A DNA stretch of 17,444 nucleotides from Utricularia gibba (Eukaryota > Plantae > Magnoliophyta). Shown here in pieces: positions 10,518-17,444 of the stretch. Each line of letters starts with the position of its first letter. Within the stretch, counting starts at the first letter, position 1. Below the pieces are notes generated by a model, which worked only from the letters and a program-made list of their open reading frames with translations, had not been told where the DNA came from and searched no databases. Location: NCBI GenBank assembly GCA_002189035.1, contig NEEC01000371.1, positions 1-17,444 on the forward strand, read 5' to 3'. The position numbers were made by a program, and so were the translations under genes.

Positions 10518-12698
10518 CTCATGACATCCTAACTTCAGCAAATGCATCACGATTTTCATCGAGTAGCACCCGATTGGGCTCAGGAGCCAGACCGAACCTT
10601 GGGCCCTAAAAGCTGCCAACGACAGCACCGCCTTAAAACGGCAAGCTATTGCTTGAAAAACCATTTAGGCAGCCGCCGAAAACCCATCGTTGATAAATGC
10701 ATCACTTATTTTCCGGGCTACAACTGACTATTGGCCTGAGCCCGACCCGACCTCTGGCCCAATCCCGAAACCCCCAGAGCGCCTTCTCAAATATAAAGCA
10801 GAGTGTTGAGAAAACCCATTGGGGTTCTCATGACATCCTAACTAAAGCAAATGCATTACGATTTCGTCGAGTACGACCCGATTGGGCTTAGTAGCCAGAC
10901 CGAATCTCGGGCCCTGACAAAGCTCCCAACTACAGCACCCACCTTAAAACGGCAAGCTGTTGCTTGAAAAACCATTTAGGCAGCCGCCGAAAACCCATCG
11001 TTGATAAATGCATCACTTATTTTCCGGGCTACAACTGACTATTGGCCTGAGCCCGACCCGACCTCTGGCCCAATCCCGAAACCCTCCGAGGGCGCCTTCT
11101 CAAATATATAGCAGAGTGTTGAGAAAACCCATTGGGGTTCTCATGACATCCTAACTACATCAAATGCGTTACGATTTTCGTCGAGTGCGACCCGATTGGG
11201 CTTAGTAGCCAGACCGAATCTCGGGCCGGACAAAGCTCCCAACGACAGCACCCGCCTTTAAATGGCAAGCTGTTGCTTGAAAAACCATGTGGGCAGCCGC
11301 CGACAACCCAACGTTAATAAATGCATCACTTCTTTTGCCGGGCTACAGCTGACTATGGGCTCAAGCCCGACCCGAATCCGGCCCGATCTCGGTGACCCAC
11401 AAAAGCGCCTTGTCAAGTGTAAAGCATGCTGTTGAAAAAACCATTTGGGGTGGTCATGAGATCCTAACTTCAATAAAGGTATCACGATTTTCGTCGAATG
11501 GGAACAGATTGTGCTGTGAAGTCAGACCAAACCTTGGGTCCTCACAAGTTCCCAACAACAGCACCCGCCAAAAAACGACAACTTTTCCTTCAAAAAGCAT
11601 GTAGGCAGCCACCGAAAACCCAACGTTAATAAATGCATCACTTCTTTGGCCGGGCTACAAATGACTATGGGCCAGAGCGCGACTCGACCATTTGCTCGAT
11701 ACTGGAGCCCGCCTAGAGCGCCTCCTCAAATATAAATCAGGTTGTTGAGAAAACCATTTGGGGTTCTCATGACATCCTAACTAAAGCGAATGCATACGAT
11801 TTCGTCGAGTACGACCCGATTGGGCTTAGTAGCCAGACCGAATCTCGGGCCCTGACAAAGCTCCCAACTACAGCACCCCCTTAAAACGGCAAGCTGTTGC
11901 TTGAAAAACCATTTAGGCAGCCGCCGAAAACCCAACGTTGATAAATGCATCACTTATTTTCCGGGCCACAACTGACTATGGGCCTGAGCCCGACCCGACC
12001 TCTGGCCCAATCCTGAAACCCCCAAGAGCGCCTTCTCAAATATATAGCAGAGTGTTGAGAAAACCCATTGGGGTTCTCATGACATCCTAACTACAACAAA
12101 TGCATTACGATTTTCGTCGAGTGCGACCCGATTGGGCTTAGTAGCCAGACCGAATCTCGGGCCGGGACAAAGCTCCCAACGACAGCACCCGCCTTAAATG
12201 GCAAGCTGTTGCTTGAAAAACCATGTGGGCAGCCGCCGACAACCCAACGTTAATAAATGCATCACTTCTTTTGCCGGGCTACAGCTGACTTTGGGCTCAA
12301 GCCGACCCGAATCCGGCCCGATCTCGGTGACCCACAAAAGCGCCTTGTCAAGTGTAAAGCATGCTGTTGAAAAAACCATTTGGGGTGGTCATGAGATCCT
12401 AACTTCAATAAAGGTATCACGATTTTCGTCGAATGGGAACAGATTGTGCTGTGAAGTCAGACCAAACCTTGGGTCCACAAAGTTCCCAACAACAGCACCC
12501 GCCAAAAAACGACAACTTTTCCTTCAAAAAGCATGTAGGCAGCCACCGAAAACCCAACGTTAATAAATGCATCACTTCTTTGGCCGGGCTACAAATGACT
12601 ATGGGCCAGAGCGCGACTCGACCATTTGCTCGATACTGTGCCCGCCTAGAGCGCCTCCTCAAATATAAATCAGGTTGTTGAGAAAACCATTTGGGGTG
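10518..12698. repeat. 7-mer HOR unit A-B-C-D-B'-C'-D (2181 bp)
   Basis: A 10518, B 10827, C 11140, D 11453, B' 11766, C' 12076, D 12388. Confidence 0.92.
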
Positions 12699-14869
12699 CT
12701 CATGACATCCTAACTTCAGCAAATGCATCACGATTTTCATCGAGTAGCACCCGATTGGGCTCAGGCCAGACCGAACCTTGGGCCCTAACAAAGCTGCCAA
12801 CGACAGCACTCGCCTTAAAACGGCAAGCTATTGCTTGAAAAACCATTTAGGCAGCCGCCGAAAACCCATCGTTGATAAATGCATCACTTATTTTCCGGGC
12901 TACAACTGACTATGGGCCTGAGCCCGACCCGACCTCTGGCCCAATCCCGAAACCCCCGAAGAGCGCCTTCTCAAATATATAGCAGAGTGTTGAGAAAACC
13001 CATTGGGGTTCTCATGACATCCTAACTAAAGCAAATGCATTACGATTTCGTCGAGTACGACCCGATTGGGCTTAGTAGCCAGACCGAATCTCGGGCCCTG
13101 ACAAAGCTCCCAACTACAGCACCCACCTTAAAACGGCAAGCTGTTGCTTGAAAAACCATTTAGGCAGCCGCCGAAAACCCATCGTTGATAAATGCATCAC
13201 TTATTTTCCGGGCTACAACTGACTATTGGCCTGAGCCCGACCCCTCTGGCCCAATCCCGAAACCCTCCGAGGGCGCCTTCTCAAATATATAGCAGAGTGT
13301 TGAGAAAACCCATTGGGGTTCTCATGACATCCTAACTACATCAAATGCGTTACGATTTTCGTCGAGTGCGACCCGATTGGGCTTAGTAGCCAGACCGAAT
13401 CTCGGGCCGGACAAAGCTCCCAACGACAGCACCCGCCTTTAAATGGCAAGCTGTTGCTTGAAAAACCATGTGGCAGCCGCCGACAACCCAACGTTAATAA
13501 ATGCATCACTTTTTTGCCGGGCTACAGCTGACTATGGGCTCAAGCCCGACCGAATCCGGCCGATCTCGGTGACCCACAAAAGCGCCTTGTCAAGTGTAAA
13601 GCATGCTGTTGAAAAAACCATTTGGGGTGGTCATGAGATCCTAACTTCAATAAAGGTGTCACGATTTTCGTCGAATGGGATCGGATTGTGCTGTGAAGTC
13701 AGACCGAACCTTGGGTCCGGACGAAGTTCCCAACAACAGCACCGCCAAAAAACGACAACTTTTCCTTCAAAAAGCATGTAGGCAGCCACCGAAAACCCAA
13801 CGTTAATAAATGCATCACTTCTTTGGCCGGGCTACAAATGACTATGGGCCAGAGCGCGACTCGACCATTTGCTCGATACTGGCCCCTAGAGCGCCTCCTC
13901 AAATATAAATCAGGTTGTTGAGAAAACCATTTGGGGTTCTCATGACATCCTAACTAAAGCAATGCATACGATTTCGTCGAGTACGACCCGATTGGGCTTA
14001 GTAGCCAGACCGAATCTCGGGCCCTGACAAAGCTCCCAACTACAGCACCCACCTTAAAACGGCAAGCTGTTGCTTGAAAAACCATTTAGGCAGCCGCCGA
14101 AACCCAACGTTGATAAATGCATCACTTATTTTCCGGGCCACAACTGACTATGGGCCTGAGCCCGACCCGACCTCTGGCCCAATCCCGAAACCCCCCAAGA
14201 GCGCCTTCTCAAATATAGCAGAGTGTTGAGAAAACCCATTGGGGTTCTCATGACATCCTAACTACAACAAATGCATTACGATTTTCGTCGAGTGCGACCC
14301 GATTGGGCTTAGTAGCCAGACCGAATCTCGGGCCCGGACAAAGCTCCCAACGACAGCACCCGCCTTAAATGGCAAGCTGTTGCTTGAAAAACCATGTGGG
14401 CAGCCGCCGACAACCCAACGTTAATAAATGCATCACTTCTTTTGCCGGGCTACAGCTGACTTTGGGCTCAAGACCGACCCGAATCCGGCCCGATCTCGGT
14501 GACCCACAAAAGCGCCTTGTCAAGTGTAAAGCATGCTGTTGAAAAAACCATTTGGGTGGTCATGAGATCCTAACTTCAATAAAGGTATCACGATTTTCGT
14601 CGAATGGGAAAGATTGTGCTGTGAAGTCAGACCAACCTTGGGTCCTCACAAAGTTCCAACAACAGCACCCGCCAAAAAACGACAACTTTTCCTTCAAAAA
14701 GCATGTAGGCAGCCACCGAAAACCCAACGTTAATAAATGCATCACTTCTTTGGCCGGGCTACAAATGACTATGGGCCAGAGCGCGACTCGACCATTTGCT
14801 CGATACTGGTGCCCGCCTAGAGCGCCTCCTCAAATATAAATCAGGTTGTTGAGAAAACCATTTGGGGTG
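12699..14869. repeat. 7-mer HOR unit A-B-C-D'-B'-C'-D (2171 bp)
   Basis: A 12699, B 13011, C 13321, D'-headed monomer 13630, B' 13939, C' 14247, D 14559. Confidence 0.9.
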
Positions 14870-16103
14870 CTCATGACATCCTAACTTCAGCAAATGCATC
14901 ACGATTTTCATCGAGTAGCACCGATTGGGCTCAGAAGCCAGACCGAACTTGGGCCCTACAAAGCTGCCAACGACAGCACTCGCCTTAAAACGGCAAGCTA
15001 TTGCTTGAAAAACCATTTAGGCAGCCGCCGAAAACCCATCGTTGATAAATGCATCACTTATTTTCCGGGCTACAACTGACTATGGGCCTGAGCCGACCCG
15101 ACCTCTGGCCCAATCCGAAACCCGAGAGCGCCTTCTCAAATATATAGCAGAGTGTTGAGAAAACCATTGGGTTCTCATGACATCCTAACTAAAGCAAATG
15201 CATTACGATTTCGTCGAGTACGACCGATTGGGCTTAGTAGCCAGACCGAATCTCGGGCCCTGACAAAGCTCCCAACTACAGCACCCACCTTAAAACGGCA
15301 AGCTGTTGCTTGAAAAACCATTTAGGCAGCCGCCGAAAACCCATCGTTGATAAATGCATCACTTATTTTCCGGGCTACAACTGACTATTGGCCTGAGCCC
15401 GACCCGACCTCTGGCCCAATCCCGAAACCCGAGCGCCTTCTCAAATATATAGCAGAGTGTTGAGAAAACCCATTGGGGTTCTCATGACATCCTAACTACA
15501 TCAAATGCGTTACGATTTTCGTCGAGTGCGACCCGATTGGGCTTAGTAGCCAGACCGAATCTCGGGCCGACAAAGCTCCAACGACAGCACCCGCCTTTAA
15601 ATGGCAAGCTGTTGCTTGAAAAACCATGTGGGCAGCCGCCGACAACCCAACGTTAATAAATGCATCACTTCTTTTGCCGGGCTACAGCTGACTATGGGCT
15701 CAAGCCCGACCCGAATCCGGCCGATCTCGGTGACCCACAAAAGCGCCTTGTCAAGTGTAAAGCATGCTGTTGAAAAAACCATTTGGGGTGGTCATGAGAT
15801 CCTAACTTCAATAAAGGTGTCACGATTTTCGTCGAATGGGATCGGATTGTGCTGTGAAGTCAGACCGAACCTTGGGTCCGGACGAAGTTCCCAACAACAG
15901 CACCCGCCAAAAAACGACAACTTTTCCTTCAAAAAGCATGTAGGCAGCAGCCGAAAACCCAACGTTAATAAATGCATCACTTTTTTGGCCGGGCTACAAA
16001 TGACTATGGGCCAGAGCGCGACTCGACCATTTGCTCGATACTGGTGCCCGCTAGAGCGCCTCCTCAAATATAAATCAGGTTGTTGAGAAAACCATTTGGG
16101 GTG
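14870..16103. repeat. 4-mer HOR variant A-B-C-D' (1234 bp)
   Basis: A 14870, B 15174, C 15481, D'-headed monomer 15791; the next A starts at 16104. Confidence 0.88.
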
Positions 16104-17444
16104 CTCATGACATCCTAACTTCAAGCAAATGCATCACGATTTTCATCGAGTAGCACCCGATTGGGCTCAGGAGCCAGACCGAACCTTGGGCCCTAACAAA
16201 GCTGCCAACGACAGCACCGCCTTAAAACGGCAAGCTATTGCTTGAAAAACCATTTAGGCAGCCGCCGAAAACCCAACGTTGATAAATGCATCACTTATTT
16301 TCCGGGCTACAACTGACTATGGCCTGAGCCCGACCCGACCTCTGGCCCAATCCCGAAACCCCCAAGAGCGCCTTCTGAAATATAAAGTAGAGTGTTGAGA
16401 AAACCCATTGGGGTTCTCATGACATCCTAACTACAAAATGCGTTACGATTTTCGTCGAGTGCGACCCGATTGGGCTTAGTAGCCAGACCGAATCTCGGGC
16501 CGGACAAAGCTCCCAACGACAGCACCCGCCTTTAAATGGCAAGCTGTTGCTTGAAAAACCATGTGGGCAGCCGCCGACAACCAACGTTAATAAATGCATC
16601 ACTTCTTTTGCCGGGCTACAGCTGACTATGGGCTCAAGCCCGACCCGAATCCGGCCCGATCTCGGTGACCCACAAAAGCGCCTTGTCAAGTGTAAAGCAT
16701 GCTGTTGAAAAAACCATTTGGGGTGGTCATGAGATCCTAACTCAATAAAGGTCACGATTTTCGTCGAATGGGATCGGATTGTGCTGTGAAGTCAGACCGA
16801 ACCTTGGGTCCGACGAAGTTCCCAACAACAGCACCCGCAAAAAAAACGACAACTTTTCCTCGAAAAACCATGTAGGCAGCCGCCGAAACCCAACGTTAAT
16901 AAATGCATCACTTTTTTGGCCGGGCTACAAATGACTATGGGCCAGAGCGCGACTCGACCATTTGCTCGATACTGGTGCCCGCCTAGAGCGCCTCCTCAAA
17001 TATAAATCAGGTTGTTGAGAAAACCATTTGGGGTTCTCATGACATCCTAACTAAAGCAAATGCATTACGATTTCGTCGAGTACGACCGATTGGGCTTAGT
17101 AGCCAGACCGAATCTCGGGCCTGACAAAGCTCCCAACTACAGCACCCACCTTAAAACGGCAAGCTATTGCTTGAAAAACCATTTAGGCAGCCGCCGAAAA
17201 CCATCGTTGATAAATGCATCACTTATTTTCCGGGCTACAACTGACTATGGGCCTGAGCCCGACCCGACCTCTGGCCCAATCCCGAAACCCTCCGAGAGCG
17301 CCTTCTCAAATATATAGCAGAGTGTTGAGAAAACCAATTGGGGTTCTCATGACATCCTAACTACAACAAATGCATTACGATTTTCGTCGAGTGCGACCCG
17401 ATTGGGTTTAGTAGCCAGACCGATCTCGGGCCGGACAAAGCTCC
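16104..17444. repeat. Irregular HOR unit A-C-D'-B-C'(partial), truncated by the window end
   Basis: A-headed monomer 16104 followed directly by C 16416 (no B), D' 16726, B-headed monomer 17036, partial C' 17346-17444. Confidence 0.85.

Larger units (their letters stand above)
1..17444. repeat. Tandem satellite DNA array, ~310-313 bp monomer, 56 complete copies plus 1 partial, head-to-tail, single orientation
   Basis: The anchor (C/G)TCATGA(C/G)ATCCTAACT recurs at 1, 314, 623, 936, 1249, 1558, 1868, 2179, 2492, 2799, 3108, ~3416, 3724, 4036, 4350, 4661, 4972, 5263 (truncated), 5509, 5820, 6133, 6445, 6757, 7069, 7382, 7694, 8007, 8318, 8630, 8944, 9290 (truncated), 9588, 9895, 10206, 10518, 10827, 11140, 11453, 11766, 12076, 12388, 12699, 13011, 13321, 13630, 13939, 14247, 14559, 14870, 15174, 15481, 15791, 16104, 16416, 16726, 17036 and 17346. 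Mean spacing is 17345/56 = ~310 bp. No non-repeat sequence lies between anchors, and the array runs off both ends. Confidence 0.99.

Noticed and set aside
10604-10610. Telomere-like words (CCCTAAA here; TTTAGGC and CCCTAAC in many monomers)
   Set aside because: They are isolated single or degenerate matches, never tandem, and the exact match here results from a private 1-bp loss.
25-17317. The short ORFs (60-161 aa) in the six-frame track, e.g. MHHDFHRVAPDWAQ..., MTHKSALSSVKHAV..., MIPLLKLGSHDHPK...
   Set aside because: They are translations of the same repeat. Their lengths and frames change between copies through single-base indels, I recognise no domain, and open frames appear on both strands as expected for ~50% GC DNA. 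None is called as a CDS.
1-17444. CRISPR-like array (conserved boxes at regular spacing)
   Set aside because: The sequence between conserved boxes is homologous in every copy rather than unique spacers, the period is ~155/312 bp, and there is no leader or cas gene.
1-17444. Identity with the ~312-bp Sau3A satellite pTS4.1 of Patellifolia (Beta) procumbens, suggested only by my recollection of its monomer length
   Set aside because: I cannot confirm any sequence match from memory. GATC occurs essentially only in C tails and D heads (e.g. 869 and 943), not once per monomer, which fits a simple 312-bp Sau3A ladder poorly. A BLASTN comparison would settle it.
1-17444. 5S rDNA, tRNA or SINE tandem array, or an LTR/MITE-derived repeat
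   Set aside because: I recognise no 5S coding region, Pol III A/B/C boxes, cloverleaf, terminal inverted repeats, target-site duplications or PBS/PPT in the monomer. A remote TE origin cannot be excluded without a database search.

Overview
The whole 17,444-bp window is one uninterrupted head-to-tail satellite DNA array. It holds 56 complete monomers of about 310 bp (intact copies 311-314 bp; about 50% GC, 156/313 in the one monomer I counted) plus a partial 57th, all in the same orientation. I see no genes, transposon insertions, inversions or unique sequence, and every ORF in the track is a by-product of the repeat. Each monomer is a diverged dimer of ~158 + ~155 bp subunits. Monomers fall into families A, B/B', C/C', D/D' and a C/D hybrid I call E. 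Their order is A B C D B' C' D' | A B E | A B C D B' E | A B C D B' E | A B C D B' C' D | A B B C' D | A B C D B' C' D | A B C D' B' C' D | A B C D' | A C D' B C'(partial). The canonical higher-order repeat (HOR) is a ~2.18-kb 7-mer, with 3-, 4-, 5- and 6-mer derivatives that can be explained by unequal exchange in tracts shared between families. This architecture is typical of eukaryotic (peri)centromeric or heterochromatic satellite, but I cannot name the family or organism. Many private homopolymer indels suggest uncorrected long-read error, so single-copy indels are provisional. I find no evidence of a novel protein-coding or prokaryotic system. All monomer typing was done by eye.
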